Source: Phyllobates terribilis (Eukaryota). Taken from it: 64,000 nt of DNA. Every line of letters begins with the position of its first letter. Position 1 is the first letter of the stretch. Of this stretch, positions 1 to 12,600 are shown piece after piece. The position numbers were made by a program, and so were the translations under genes. The notes under the pieces are model-generated. The model saw only the letters and a program-made list of their open reading frames with translations, was not told the origin of the DNA and did no database searches. The DNA lies in the NCBI RefSeq assembly GCF_046119375.1, contig NW_027362761.1, positions 424,514,001-424,578,000 of the forward strand. The letters run 5' to 3'.

Positions 1-3000
1 GCAGAGGGTTGATCCTCCTGTTCTGCTTGTGTGGAGTCTTGTGCCTCCTGGACCGGCTGCTCTTCCATCTCTTCCTGTTGCTCCGTAGGCACTTGGGATG
101 CTGGTTGGAGGAACGTGAGGACGGGTACCACAACTGCACCATTGACTTGAGTCCAGGACCGAGGGAAGTCTACGAGCACAGTACTAACCATATCTTCCCT
201 TTCCTCTACGGGTCGATGGTCTTCTTGTTCCTCTTCAGGGTTCCGTAGCTGTTCAGGACACTTCTTCAGGTGATCCCGGGATACAATGGCTATGGTCTCC
301 CCTCCGTCTTTACTGATGGTACAGACTTTCGGGTTCTCGTGGCTTGAGGGCAGTACTGTGTACGGGTCCTTCTCCCACTGGTCGTCCAACTTGTGGAGCC
401 GTCTTTTCCTCTTCAAGACCTGCTCTCCGGGTACCAGGGGAACAGCGGGAGCATACTGGTTGTAAGTTTTCTCTTGTCTTTCCCTAGCCTGACAGAAACT
501 TCGCTCCACGCTCTCCTGTACTTTCCGGTACTGCTGCTGCCTCTCTGTGTCCCAGTCTGCTTCTGGTGAAGTGTCCTCGGGTGTCAGGACTCCCATTTCC
601 AGGTCAACAGGTAACTTACCAGTTCTCGCCCTCATTAGGTAAGCCGGGGTACAGTTGGTGGAACCTACCGGGATGTGGTTGTATAGGTCCACTAGATCGG
701 GCAGCTTCTCAGGCCACAGACTGCGTTCTTCCAGGGGCAACGTTTTCAGGAGATCCATTACCACCTGGTTCATTTTCTCACAAAGTCCATTAGTTTGCGG
801 ATGATAGGGTGTCGTCCTTATCTTCCGGCAGCCATACAGATTGCAGAATTCCCGGAAGACCTCCGCTTCAAAGGCAGGTCCCTGGTCCGTCAGCACTTGG
901 TCCGGGTACCCGTGTGGACGGCAGAAGTGCTGCTGGAAGGCTCTAGCTGCTGTTTGAGCCGTTAAGTCCTTAACGGGGACGACAACCAAGAACCGGGAGT
1001 AATGATCCACAATGGTTAACGCGTAGACGTAGCCACTTCTGCTTGGGGTCAGTTTTACATGATCCAAGGCTACCAGTTCCAACGGCTGCCGGGTGACGAT
1101 GGACTGCAGGGGAGTCTTCTGGCTGGCACGGTCCTTCCTTCTTAGGTTGCACGGGCCACAGTCTCTGCACCACCTCTCGATGGTTCCCCTCATGCCTACC
1201 CAGTGGAACCGCCCACGCAGCAGGAACTCCAGCTTCTTCCATCCGAAGTGTCCAGCCCCGTCGTGGTATGCTTCCATCACCATGGCTGCGTCTCTCCGTG
1301 GCACCACTACTTGCCAGATTAGTTCATGCGTCCGGGAGTTAACCATTCTGCGGCACAACTTCCCCTTGTAAAGGAACAGTCGACTCTTCTCAGCCCACAG
1401 TTGCTTGGCTTCCTCCGGAGCGTCTGGGTCAAGGCGAGCCTCTGGCCGAGTCAGCATCTCCTTCACCAGCCGGACGGCAGGGTCACTGTCTTGCGTTTCC
1501 TCCCAGTTGTAGTGAGGCAAGAGGTTAAACGTAGCGGCTTGCTTACTCCTTACCCGATGAGAATACTGGATAGTCCCATGACGGTGGAACGCGGGGAGTT
1601 CGACTTCTTCCAGTCCCTCTGGATCTTCTCCTACGTCCGGTAGGTTTGGCATCCTGGACAGGGCATCCGCGTTGGTATTGGAGCGTCCTGCCCGGTATTT
1701 GATTGTGAACTCGTAGTTGGACAGACGGGCCATCCATCTCTGCTCTAGGGCACCGAGTCTTGCAGTGTCCAGGTGTGTCAACGGGTTGTTATCCGTGTAC
1801 ACAGTGAACCGGGAAGAAGCGAGGTAGTGCTTAAAGCGTTTGGTGACTGCCCACACCACTGCCAGGAACTCTAGCTTAAATGAGCTATAATTCTCAGGGT
1901 TTCTTTCGGTGAGTCGCAGTTTTCGGCTGGCGTAAGCGATTACTCGTTCTTTCCCCTGCTGGATCTGGGACAGCACGGCTCCTAGCCCGATGTTACTTGC
2001 GTCGGTGTAGAGGATAAAGGGCTGGCTGTAATCAGGGTACGCCAGGATTTCATCCCCCGTGAGGGCCATCTTCAGCTGGCGGAAGGACTCTTCTTCTAAC
2101 TTCTCCCATCTGAAGGGTGGCTTCTGGTTCTTGGCCTTCCGGGACTGGCCTATCAGGAGGTCCTGCATAGGAGCTGCCTTTTTGGTGAAACCGGGGATGA
2201 ATCTGCGGTAATAGCCTACCAACCCGAGGAACTGCCGCACTTCCTTTACACTGGAGGGACTTGGCCATTCCTTAATTGCGGTGATCTTATCAGGGTCGGG
2301 AGCCACTCCATCAGCGCTCACCACGTGTCCCAGGTACTGCACCTTTGGTTTCAGGAGGTGACACTTGGAGGGTTTCACCTTTAGGCCGTAGCTTGCCAGA
2401 GCTTCGAACACTTCCGCCAGGTGTTTCAGGTGGTCCTCATACGTCTTGGAATATACGATGACATCGTCCAGGTACAACAGGACCGTCTCAAAGTTTCTGT
2501 GGCCCAGACAACACTCCATTAATCGTTGGAAGGTTCCTGGTGAATTGCAGAGTCCGAACGGCATGCAGGTAAACTCGCTAAGTCCCATCGGGGTGGTGAA
2601 TGCGGTCTTCTCCCGGTCCGCCTCTGCTACAGGAACCTGCCAGTACCCACTAGTGAGATCCAAGGTAGAGAAGAAGTTAGCAGATCTTAAAGCAGCCAAA
2701 GACTCCTCTATCCTTGGTAAGGGGTACGCATCCTTGTGTGTGATACGGTTGATTTTCCGGTAATCTACACACATCCTCATGGTGTTGTCTTTCTTTTTGA
2801 CTAAGACTAGTGGAGCTGCCCAGGGGCTACAGCTATCCCTGATCACCCCAGCCTCCTTCATGTCTCTAAGCATCCCCTTGGCGTGTTGGTAGTGTGCAGG
2901 GGGTACGGGTCGATACCTCTCTTTTATGGGAGGATGGTCTCCCGTGGGGATGTGGTGTTCTACCCCCTTGACTCGCCCGAAGTCTAACGGGTGTTTACTA

Positions 3001-4094
3001 AACACTCTCTCGTACTCTTGCACCACCCGATAGACTCCCTGTTTCTGGTGTGAGGGAGTGGAGTCAGTACCCAAATGTAGTTGCTGACACCAGTCCTCCA
3101 TTGTTTTCTGGGAGCCGTTACCTTCCTCCGGGGAAGATGGAGGCAAGGGTTCTACGGACTGTATGGAATCTTGATTGATGGTATACAATTTGGCTAGCGT
3201 GGCATACCGGGGCAGGTACACTTCCCTCTTCCCGATATTTATTATGCGAACGGGCACCCTCCCATGGCGTACATTGACCACCCCCCGTGCTGTCAAAATG
3301 GTGGGCCTACTGTCTGAGTAAACTGGTTCTACCATTGCCTGGTAATCTCTACCTCTCAGACCAATAGCTGCCCGGCACCAAATCATCATTTCACTTTTCG
3401 GGGGCATGGCAATAGGGAAAGGGTCACACATTCGCACGCTACCAATCTCACCACCGGAGAGTTCTAGCTGTTGCCGTCGCATCAGTGCCCGGATCTCTTT
3501 CTGGAGCACTCGCTGCTGGCCGGAGCTGGCGTTCTTGGCAACCTGCTGTAAAAGGAAAATCACCTCTGCAAGACAATTTTCAATTACATTAGTTCCTAGA
3601 GTTATCTTTGGGTGACTCTCGTGTTTGTCAATGTCTACAATGATCAGTCCCTGTGCTGCCAGTTCGACTCTACCGATTTTAATGGTCACCTCTTTAAATC
3701 CAATCTGTGGCACGGGCTGACCATTGCTGGCGATGATACTCAAGTCGTCGTCAGGGTAGCGGGTGATATCCGAGTCATTCCAGTACTGCTTGAAGAGCAC
3801 GTACGGGATGGTGGTGACCTGTGACCCGGTGTCCAGTAGGGCACTCATAGGAATGCCATCCAGTACCACGGGTAAGACTGGACGTCCTCCCACATATTTG
3901 TCGCGCCAGTTCGATGGGCCTGGTGATCTTTTTCCTGGGGGTTGGCCCTCTACCCCAGGTTGTGCCAGTTTAAAGGACAGTACCTTGCCATATGTCCGGG
4001 TTGATTGCAGCGGCGGCAGATGGGTCGTCCGTCCTCGTTGTATCGGTCGCTGGGTCTTCCTCTGGCCGGTGGGGTCCTCCTTGGTCAACGCCAC
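1..4094 (-). CDS. pol: Gypsy Pol polyprotein (PR-RT-RNaseH-IN), partial, runs off the left edge
   Basis: Same motifs as the intact copy (DTG, YLDD, IN core). The ORF track lists no stop-terminated ORF in this frame, which fits an open frame leaving the window. Not checked codon by codon. Confidence 0.8.
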   Translation of the reverse strand, partial: MALTKEDPTGQRKTQRPIQRGRTTHLPPLQSTRTYGKVLSFKLAQPGVEGQPPGKRSPGPSNWRDKYVGGRPVLPVVLDGIPMSALLDTGSQVTTIPYVLFKQYWNDSDITRYPDDDLSIIASNGQPVPQIGFKEVTIKIGRVELAAQGLIIVDIDKHESHPKITLGTNVIENCLAEVIFLLQQVAKNASSGQQRVLQKEIRALMRRQQLELSGGEIGSVRMCDPFPIAMPPKSEMMIWCRAAIGLRGRDYQAMVEPVYSDSRPTILTARGVVNVRHGRVPVRIINIGKREVYLPRYATLAKLYTINQDSIQSVEPLPPSSPEEGNGSQKTMEDWCQQLHLGTDSTPSHQKQGVYRVVQEYERVFSKHPLDFGRVKGVEHHIPTGDHPPIKERYRPVPPAHYQHAKGMLRDMKEAGVIRDSCSPWAAPLVLVKKKDNTMRMCVDYRKINRITHKDAYPLPRIEESLAALRSANFFSTLDLTSGYWQVPVAEADREKTAFTTPMGLSEFTCMPFGLCNSPGTFQRLMECCLGHRNFETVLLYLDDVIVYSKTYEDHLKHLAEVFEALASYGLKVKPSKCHLLKPKVQYLGHVVSADGVAPDPDKITAIKEWPSPSSVKEVRQFLGLVGYYRRFIPGFTKKAAPMQDLLIGQSRKAKNQKPPFRWEKLEEESFRQLKMALTGDEILAYPDYSQPFILYTDASNIGLGAVLSQIQQGKERVIAYASRKLRLTERNPENYSSFKLEFLAVVWAVTKRFKHYLASSRFTVYTDNNPLTHLDTARLGALEQRWMARLSNYEFTIKYRAGRSNTNADALSRMPNLPDVGEDPEGLEEVELPAFHRHGTIQYSHRVRSKQAATFNLLPHYNWEETQDSDPAVRLVKEMLTRPEARLDPDAPEEAKQLWAEKSRLFLYKGKLCRRMVNSRTHELIWQVVVPRRDAAMVMEAYHDGAGHFGWKKLEFLLRGRFHWVGMRGTIERWCRDCGPCNLRRKDRASQKTPLQSIVTRQPLELVALDHVKLTPSRSGYVYALTIVDHYSRFLVVVPVKDLTAQTAARAFQQHFCRPHGYPDQVLTDQGPAFEAEVFREFCNLYGCRKIRTTPYHPQTNGLCEKMNQVVMDLLKTLPLEERSLWPEKLPDLVDLYNHIPVGSTNCTPAYLMRARTGKLPVDLEMGVLTPEDTSPEADWDTERQQQYRKVQESVERSFCQARERQEKTYNQYAPAVPLVPGEQVLKRKRRLHKLDDQWEKDPYTVLPSSHENPKVCTISKDGGETIAIVSRDHLKKCPEQLRNPEEEQEDHRPVEEREDMVSTVLVDFPRSWTQVNGAVVVPVLTFLQPASQVPTEQQEEMEEQPVQEAQDSTQAEQEDQPS

Positions 4095-4930
4095 GGGATG
4101 TCCTCCGGTCCGGATGCCAGCTGGATCTTCCCTGGAGTGGAAACCTGTAAAGACTGCACAGTTCGGGTTAGCGCAGCAACGCTTTTAGCTAGCTCTTGGA
4201 CCTGATGGTGCAGGTCTGGAGCCGGGTCATTGTTCAAATCCTGCGCATCAGCTCCCACAGGCCCTGCCGACAAGGGCGCCGCCTCCTGGTGGTAAGTGGC
4301 AGTGGGGCGTCTGGGGGTCACAACGCCACCTGGTGCCGGTTCTCGAAGCACCCGGATGGCTCTGTCCTTGAACTGTGCAAATCCCAGATGAGGGTCCTGT
4401 AAGGCCATTGCCCGCAACTGGGTTCGGTGGGCATTGCAATATAAACCCTTTATAAATTGTTCAGTCAACAGCCTGTCTTCGTCTCCCACGCCGTCAGGGT
4501 CGGTCTGCTTAATGGCTCTCAGGGCCTCTTGTAGGTTCAGGGCATAGTCCCTTATACTCTCATGTGCCCGCTGTTTGCACCCGTAGAATCTAAGCTTTAT
4601 CTCGGCTGAGGTGCGGGTATCAAAGGTGTCCCTCAGCCGGGTTAGTATCCCTGCGACAGTCCTCCCCCCAGGTGGCCAGGACTTTACCTCCCTTTGGGCT
4701 GCTCCGGTTAATTGGGCCACCAGGATGCTCACTTTTTGCTCCTCTGTGAGGGGGTACACCTGGAAGAGGCTATCCAGCTTTTCTCTAAAGTCATGCAGGG
4801 TATGTGACTCCCCTGAGTAGTGGGGTAGCCAGGCTGCCCCCGGGATATAGGGCATGGTGAAAGGCATGACCGCAACAGCGGTGGCGCTGGGGGGGGTTGA
4901 AGCGGTGAAGCTCTCCTCCGTATCCGACAT
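3950..4930 (-). pseudogene. gag: Gypsy gag with premature stop (TGA at 4087-4085, CGA in the intact copy); 281 of 326 aa
   Basis: ORF 4085..4930 matches 19402..20382 apart from about 6 aa differences and ends DIPWR*, before the CCHC knuckle. Confidence 0.9.
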
Positions 4931-5347
4931 CCTTCTCCCCCCTAGTGGACCGTGGCCTACCTTGCGATGATCCTCTTCCGTAGGCCGCGGCTCCGCAGTG
5001 GATCGTCAGGGTTGAGGACCTTCCGTCGCGCTCCTGTGACGTCGGCGTCTGCTGGGCTCCTTCCAGGACCTTACGCAACGTCCGGACGTGAGGCGGGGCT
5101 TCAGTTCTCGCGCGCTTTCGGAGTCCACGCCCCTCTTCTTCCCGCGCGGCGTCCTCAAGATGGCGTCCAATGGCGGGAAAACTCCACGTATGGCGGGAAG
5201 AAGGCCGAAGATGGCGCCGGATGGCGGGAAAACTCCACCGATGGTGGGAAGGAAGCGGAAGATGGCGCCGGATGGCGGGAATCTTCACCACAGGTAAGTT
5301 TGAACAGTCTTTTTCAGGCACGCAGTACCCGGTGGTTGCGGGCACGA

Positions 5348-5366
5348 AATCCTGCCGACTACGCCA
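5348..5366 (-). other. Primer binding site, tRNA-Ser (AGA/TGA type)
   Basis: TGGCGTAGTCGGCAGGATT, 5 nt after the LTR end; complementary to the remembered vertebrate tRNA-Ser 3' end (...AATCCTGCCGACTACG-CCA). Confidence 0.85.
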
Positions 5367-5371
5367 AAAAT

Positions 5372-6370
5372 TGACGCGCCCCTGGGCCTGTGTCGCGCTC
5401 CTGTTGCGCATGCGGGAGCTTACCCGGAGCCGGATCTCTTGAGGGTTGTAGTCTCGTGGCGGTGATCCGGTCCGTGCCCAGGGAGTCAGACTAAGTGGCG
5501 CTGTATTAGCGGTAGATGTTGGACGACTACGCCACCCATTGAGTACAGCTAAGGAGCTGCTGCTGCAGGGCAGACCGCTGAGGCCGGTGGTAGGATTGTG
5601 CAGCGTGATAGTATAACCCCCAACAGGAGGGGTATGGCCTCAGGGCAGCCGACGTGGATGATGGGGGTAGCAGGAACCACTCAGAGACGGTACGGTGTAG
5701 TTCAGGGTCTTTACTGGTGACAACGATAGACCCTCCCGGAGTACTGGCTAGCGATTGGGGCCTGGTCAGTCCTTGAGCAGATGGGATCTCCCCTGGCCAG
5801 GCGGAGTTGTAGGCCTCCCAAACTAACGATACTCTTCTGGCTACCTTGCTAGAAGCGGGTATAAGTAGCCCACGTCCCTGAGTGTACCGTGTGGTGCTCA
5901 CCCGTATGGCCGGTGACTCGGGGCCTTCTAGTAGCTTCCGCTTCACGACGGCGGTGCTGGTCCCACGCGTGTGACCGTGCCTTCGGGTTTCTGGGCCAGA
6001 GGACCTGCAATCCCCTGCCGGTCGGTTTCTGCTGCTGGATAGGAGTTAGTCCCCACAGCCTCGGACTCCAGGTCCGGTGATAACTTCTCAGTCAGGGCGA
6101 GCTCTGCAGCTGCCAGCCCCTGACTCCTTGTAGCACTGCTCCCACAGAGCTCCTGATGTTCTTTCCTATATCTGCTTCTCTTCTCTGTCTCTACTTCTTC
6201 TCTACTCACTAACCCTGCCTCAGCCCTAGGTTTATATAGGGGAAGTTCTTCCCCTCCCAGCACTGGGCAGGAGGTGTGGCATGCACAGGATCCCTGACCA
6301 AGAGACCTCCCACCTGCTCTCAGACATAACATTGCCGTTACTGTGGAAACCAGACCCCTGGGGTGCCACA
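5372..6370 (-). repeat. 5' LTR of Gypsy copy 1 (999 bp, TG...CA)
   Basis: Homologous to the 995-bp LTRs at 17957 and 24856, with small indels including an extra AGAAG. Confidence 0.93.
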
Positions 6371-8276
6371 CATCGACAGGACAAGAGGTGCCAAACTGCC
6401 TCTTAATAAACTTGGCACATTTTACTGCCACATTTATAAAACAAGAGCAAATCTGGAACATTTGTAAAATTACTTATGTCTTAGTAAATTTCCATTCCCT
6501 GTAAAGGTATATTATATGGAGGTCACCATCATCACTCTGACCGTTTTCAAGATTGAAACCACTGATTGATCTGCTGATCACTGAAAATACAGTTTCAGAG
6601 TCATATAGCCTATCGATTATTTGGCTGGAGAAGTCATACAATTTATAGCAGCAACCAAACAAATGGTGGCTATATACTAGATAAATGGGTTGGGTCTATG
6701 AAAGTGATTCTTTTTGGTAGCACTGTCAAATGATTAATGATTAACCACCTGTATACCTTGATAGGACATATGAAAAAATAACTTGTCTTCTTTCTACAGT
6801 CTCTTTGAGGGACAAGTATATTGCAGACATTTTTGCAATTTTCTGTCCAATTTATCAGAATAGATTTTTCAGAAATCCATGCATATGGAGCATAAACAGC
6901 CCCGCTAAGGGAAAAGGAACTGATTTTCAGTTGCAGAAATTTCCACAACAAATCTGAAATGTCCAAATATACCTTAATGCTTCTGGTACTTGCCCATCAA
7001 CAATCATTCTAAATAGTACTGCAGCATGGGCAGGTGGAGATATTGTTGTAAACCGCACACAGTAGTTTCTACCAAGAAGATATTTGAGAGATGAAGATAT
7101 ATATTACACTGCTTATGAAGACTTATTTTTATCGTTTTAATAACTTTCTATACAATCTTTGACGTATGAGAAGTCATAAAACTAATAGAGCAATTTTGTT
7201 ATTAATAATAAAGATATTAGATACAGTCCCAATGTGGACTTTTCTTTCTCTTTAGTTGCTAAATAAGTTGTATATAGTTATGAAAATGTCTGCAAAATAT
7301 AATTTGCTGGTAATTGCCTCTTGTGTGCCCTGGATTATGGAATGGGAATCTCACTCCCATAGCTGTCACTTTTGATGATTAGCTGGGAGCTTTAATTAGG
7401 TGAGATGTTTGGGGGATCAATCACACAGGACGGAGCAGTGATACAGAGTAGGTTTCGCATACATTGGAGTCCACTTTACTGCCCACAGCAATTGTTACTT
7501 ACGTCCTGTGTTTACTTCATTAGGAAAACATTTTCTGCATGTCTGGAATGATCTGCAGACATTTTGCTGAGAGTAAAGTTTAGCCAGTGGCAAACATGGA
7601 CAGTTAGGTATAAAACAGGAAACTGTCTATGCAGATGAAGTATTTTCTGAAAAATAAAATAAAGAAAACCCCAAAAACTGTCCTTGTGTAAAATAAAAAT
7701 GAAGACATGCTGTATATTACTATTCTATTACAGAATTCAATAGTTTCTCCTTACCTATCTTCATGTATAGGTCATGTAGTTTAGAACTAAGCAGAAAACT
7801 TCTCTCTAGCTTATTATAAATATGCATGTTATTCTTGCAGTGGAATTAACATAATAGCACAATTTACAGGTTTTGGTTATTTAATATCTGCTAGCAGAGA
7901 GCTAAAAGGTGTGATGGCGGAGGTGTAGAAATTTAAATTTCTTTGGACTCCATTACATTCTGAGGAAATAATGGCACGAGATAACAGCACTCGTTATTAG
8001 TATGCACAGTGCACACCTTTAACTTGTCAAATCTGTATTCAGGTCATAGCTGAAGTTTTGTAAAACGCTTTGTGCAATTTGTCTTTCAAAATGTATATAG
8101 TTTTGTATAATGCTAGGGAGATCAAGCCACTGAATTCTGTTATTTCCTTATTTCTATTAGTAATTGTGACTGTATTAAGACAAGACTAGGTATTATTAAG
8201 ATTAGGTATCTGTTCCATCACTTCAGTGTGGGAATCTTGAGCCCCAGCTAACACGGCTGTTACTTCATACCTCGTC

Positions 8277-8313
8277 TCTCCCCTGATGAGTCAATGACGA
8301 AACACGTTGTGAG
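8277..8313 (+). ncRNA. Degenerate minimal type I hammerhead ribozyme motif, probably from a Penelope-like repeat terminus
   Basis: CTGATGA (8283-8289), stem II GTC-AAT-GAC, GAAAC-AC-GTT, and stem I with CTCCC pairing to GTGAG at 4 of 5 positions. Confidence 0.5.
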
Positions 8314-9095
8314 TATTAAGGAGCATTCTTTTTATTGATCCCTGGGAGATTTATTGTGGGGGAATGTGTGGCTTTTTTTGTGACAATGCCCCCCTCCTTC
8401 TATCTAGCATATAGACTTTGATCTATCCAACAAAAAGGATCTGACCTGGTTCTACCTCTATTGGACACCACTCAATCATACGGTGAGATTTTTCCTATTA
8501 TTTCTTTATACCGAATTTTTACATCACCTAGGGTGATGGTCATTTTTAAGCTATTGTGCGTTTTTTTGTATATTGCATATCACGAGCCTTAGGCCTTTTA
8601 ATAATTTGAATTAAAAGTTATATTTTATTAGTACTCCCTACCTTGCTGACAGTGAATTTATTAAGATATACCGAGCACAAACTGGTTGCTACTTAAAGAG
8701 ATAATGCGCTTAATTCTACTGCATGCAACAGAGCAAACTTGGGAATTGCGCTACTAATAAGAAGGTGGAAACACTTTATCCTAAAATATAAGTATATAGG
8801 TATTTTTGTCCCCTGTGTTAATGACTAGAAAAGTGACAAGCATAATGCCGAGGCACAAATATAGTTATAGCAGCTGTTTTTGCCCTTACTCTATATCAGG
8901 GGTCCCCAACCTGTGTCTTTGTGGCCTATGAGGTGTGGCTCGTGGCTGTCTGCAGCTTGGTGCATCAGCACCAGTTCTAGCAAGCACCTATGAACAGCAG
9001 ATCTCCAGATAGTGACTATTGTGAGTAGACACGAACAGAATAGCAGATCTGGATGCTCATATACTGGCCTTGGGGTGAAGAGATAAATTAAATAT

Positions 9096-9657
9096 AGTAA
9101 TCTGGAAACAGGATGACACTGAGGGGAAAAGGGGGGGGGAGCCCCTTAACTAGGGAAAGAGGGTGTGAGGACCCCCTAAGTAGATCTTACAACACCCTGC
9201 CTTCCCTATCATCCCTAAATAGGTTCCTCACCTATCGCCGAACAGGATACCTAATCCCTACTAACCCTAAAGCTAGGCCCTAGGTAGGGAGGGGAAGGGG
9301 TGAGCACTAGTCAGCCCCACTGCAACTAAAGACAAACAAGGTAAACAGACAAGGGGATACACTTAGCTTTGAGAAGACACCAGAGTGATCACGACAACGA
9401 TCACAATGGAACTCCAAGAAGAAACTAGCCGACTGCGAGAACTCCAGGCCTGAACAGAGGAAAATGCTTCTATCACCAGCGATTCTCTGGAGAGACTGGG
9501 TGTGTTGAGTCCAGCAAGGGTGTGTTAATTAGCAGCAGAAAGGAGAGCTCACCACTAGGTCCTAGAGAGGCGAGGATGGTGAAAGGATCAAGAAGGTGTC
9601 TGCAAAGCCAAGCGCAGTACCCTTCTACAGCTGGATCCGGAATGACTCTCTGTAACA
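9096..9657. mobile_element. Probable degraded solo LTR
   Basis: GC-richer island ending ...TGTAACA that interrupts a CAGGGGTCCCCAAC (hAT-like) repeat; no clean TSD found and the left boundary is approximate. Confidence 0.35.
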
Positions 9658-12600
9658 CCCGACACACCCGTGAAAGAGACTGCCAGTTGGAGGAGGTGCC
9701 TGAAGCTCAATGTCATAGTGTGGTTGGAATGCTTGGTGCCCAAATACTAAATCAGGTCAAATATACAAGTTTATTGAGAAACATGGACAACATATAAAAC
9801 CATTTAAAACCAAGTAATCACCATGTAGCAACCCCTTAGGCAGTAATAAGCCAAATATAAACACTGCAGTATACAAAAGCAAGTATAGTGAATAGATTAC
9901 CTACTGTATATTATAATACAAACAGCAATTATATCTTCAAATATCAATAATGGAGCAGAATCATACACATGATGGGTGTGTAACCATGCAACAATAATAT
10001 CTAGAAACCTGATAATGGTATATATAATCAAAAGGCATATATCAAAACACAAGCCAATGTGTCATGCGTGTTATTAGAACCTCCTGGTATGTATAGTAAT
10101 GGAGCAGAAGAAAGGGTAAACACCCAAATGAAGCCCAAGGTTAGTATATAAAATAATATACTTAACTTATCAATCTAATACAGAATAAGGTGCAAGAGGT
10201 ATAAAATAAAGTAGAGTAGTTATGCCATAGTATAGTATAGACTCCCTCTATAACTTATAGGTAAGAGATAGATGGTATAACAAAGGAATAGAAATGTGAC
10301 CTAAATCTCTAGCTAGAGAATGGAGCCCGGCCGGCCAATACCTAGAATAGAGAGGGGTAGCGGTATACCTACTGGCACCTATAGCAACATTACCCAGGAG
10401 GGATACTGTGAGAGCTATGGGGAGCACAGGAAGAGCCCCACGTGTATCGCTGTGGCACACACAGCTTTGTCAGGGAAATATAGTCCATAGAACACAAAGT
10501 CTATATATACGTAGTTTAATGAGCAAAATACATACCGGTGATGGGTGGCGTGTGGTAGCTAATCACAAGGACCAGGAGGAGTCATGACCTGTGACCCCTG
10601 TAAAGACAGCATTCACCTGCCGTTGTTAGATGGCGTCCGTGTGCACCTCATGAAGTGCGGGGAGGAGGCAAGCCGCCGCTTGATGGAAGTCATGATTGAT
10701 GCCGTGATTCTCAGCGTCAAGTCTTTCTGCTAAATTTATACATTATTGTATTCATGGGCTCTACAGAAATCCACTAACTTTTACTTTCTTTTTTTCTGTA
10801 AAAATTGAATTCATTAGTTTTGAGAAGAAGTACAGTATATTTGCGCTTTTGGACTCCAATGAATGGCGATTGCCCATGAATATTTTTAACTGGCGAAGGT
10901 TCCTGGTCCCTGGATACACAATGCCTATTTACGCATCTTTCTTCTTAGTGTATTCCATGCTGCATTACTTGTATTATGATGGTTTAATCCGTCTAAGGAT
11001 GTGAACTCCAGTTTTTATTCCAAGCACAGTTGGCGTTCTGCTTCATGGTAAGGGTTTGCACTAGAAGCTCTGGCACTGAATATTTGAATCAATTATTGAT
11101 GATCTTTTTCTGAAATGCAGCTTCACAGCCAGTTTTTTACATTTCACATTCTAGATGTACTATGAATAGCTAAATCATTACAGTAGCTGTATGATCATGA
11201 AGGTTAGATAAATTGAGATATCCATTATTTAATCATTGCAGTACAGACAGACTTTCTGCGCTACATAATGGGACATTCCTCTTGTGTTAACCCTTCTGAT
11301 TCTGCCCTCTGCGTCCACCGACATTCACAATAAAATATCACTACTGAGTTAAAAAGGCAGCGCGGCTAAATCGATCCGTATAAAAGCATCGGTTGCGTCA
11401 AAGGTTTTAATTCAAAGGGCAATTTACAGTAAATGCACATGAAAGCATTAAAAGTGTCCTCCAATTACTTTCTTCGTGTGAAATAAACATTAACCCGGAA
11501 AATAGTTTTATAATGATTAAAAACTAATTATCAGTCACACCCGCTCTAAAGGGAATGGGATGTAGTAGATAAAACATTACATGGCAGTGTATGTAAGAAC
11601 AGGGCTCGAAATAATGGGCAAGTGGAGGCAGCTGCCTAGGGTGACATTCATGGCCACTACCCTGCTTTAAAATGTCTTTTTACAATTAATTGATTGCTGT
11701 TTCTAAGCCGGTGGTAAAGATGGTGTGATGCACATGTACTCCAGTGGTGAGGAAATGGCATGTGTTGTCAATCAGAATTTCTCCGTAGAATATACGATAT
11801 AAAGTAAAGAAGAGGAGCTGCAGCAGCTGGCTGCAAATATGTGGAGTATTTGATGAGACATATACTATCATCATAAATGGTGTGGAAATTGGATAAATAC
11901 TTTTCCTTTTGGTAGCTTTGGCGCTGAATTTCAATGGCTAAGGGTGGAGGAGGCATTCTGCAACCCCTTTCTTGGGCACATATGGCCATATTCATTGCCC
12001 TGATTTCGATACCAACTGATCGAGGACAGTCTGAAAACAGTCTAAGTCCAAGTAAGGTTGGGATATTTGGATTCTTACATAGTTAGCTTTTCTCCATATT
12101 TTACCAATTAAACATCTCAACAGGGAAGATACACTGCACGTAGTTTATCTATTCCCTAGTCGTCCCTTGTATTTCTTTGCTGTGAGCATTCTGTATCTCC
12201 TGTGATTTGATATGCACATTATGAGTTCTAGTTGGCAGCTGTATATTCTTTTAATGTAATGAATTCTCTTTTTAATGAAACATACTCATCCATATTCACT
12301 TTGTGATAAATCATTTTTAAAGGTCCCTAGAAATGAATTTAAGACATTAAGAAAGAAAATGACTGATGTACTGAGAGCTATGAATAGTCTCAGTATCATC
12401 ACAGTGCCGAAATGTGACCTCCTTTAGTCCTTTCATAGGTTATTAAGTGCCAACTATCTTCAGTTCATTTATCTGCTATAGAGACAGAATACTAATCAAT
12501 AATGTCTATTTTACCACTCACATTAATAAGACAATTTAATAAGGATATTAATACTTACGTGATATCATCTTTAGACAACTTTAAGAATCATATTCAGTTT

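Larger units (their letters stand above)
1..6370 (-). mobile_element. Ty3/Gypsy LTR retrotransposon, family A copy 1 (5' LTR, PBS, gag, most of pol; 3' end lies outside the window)
   Basis: Reverse complement is colinear with 17957-24331. Position 3974 matches 20358 and position 1 matches 24331, so there is no net indel across pol. The LTR starts TGTGGCACCCC at 6370. Confidence 0.95.

Noticed and set aside
11200-11560. Unique-looking intronic segment with TAAT and TTGCGTCA motifs as a possible enhancer (also the octamer ATTTGCAT at 41473-41480)
   Set aside because: Short motifs are expected by chance in AT-rich DNA; needs cross-species alignment.
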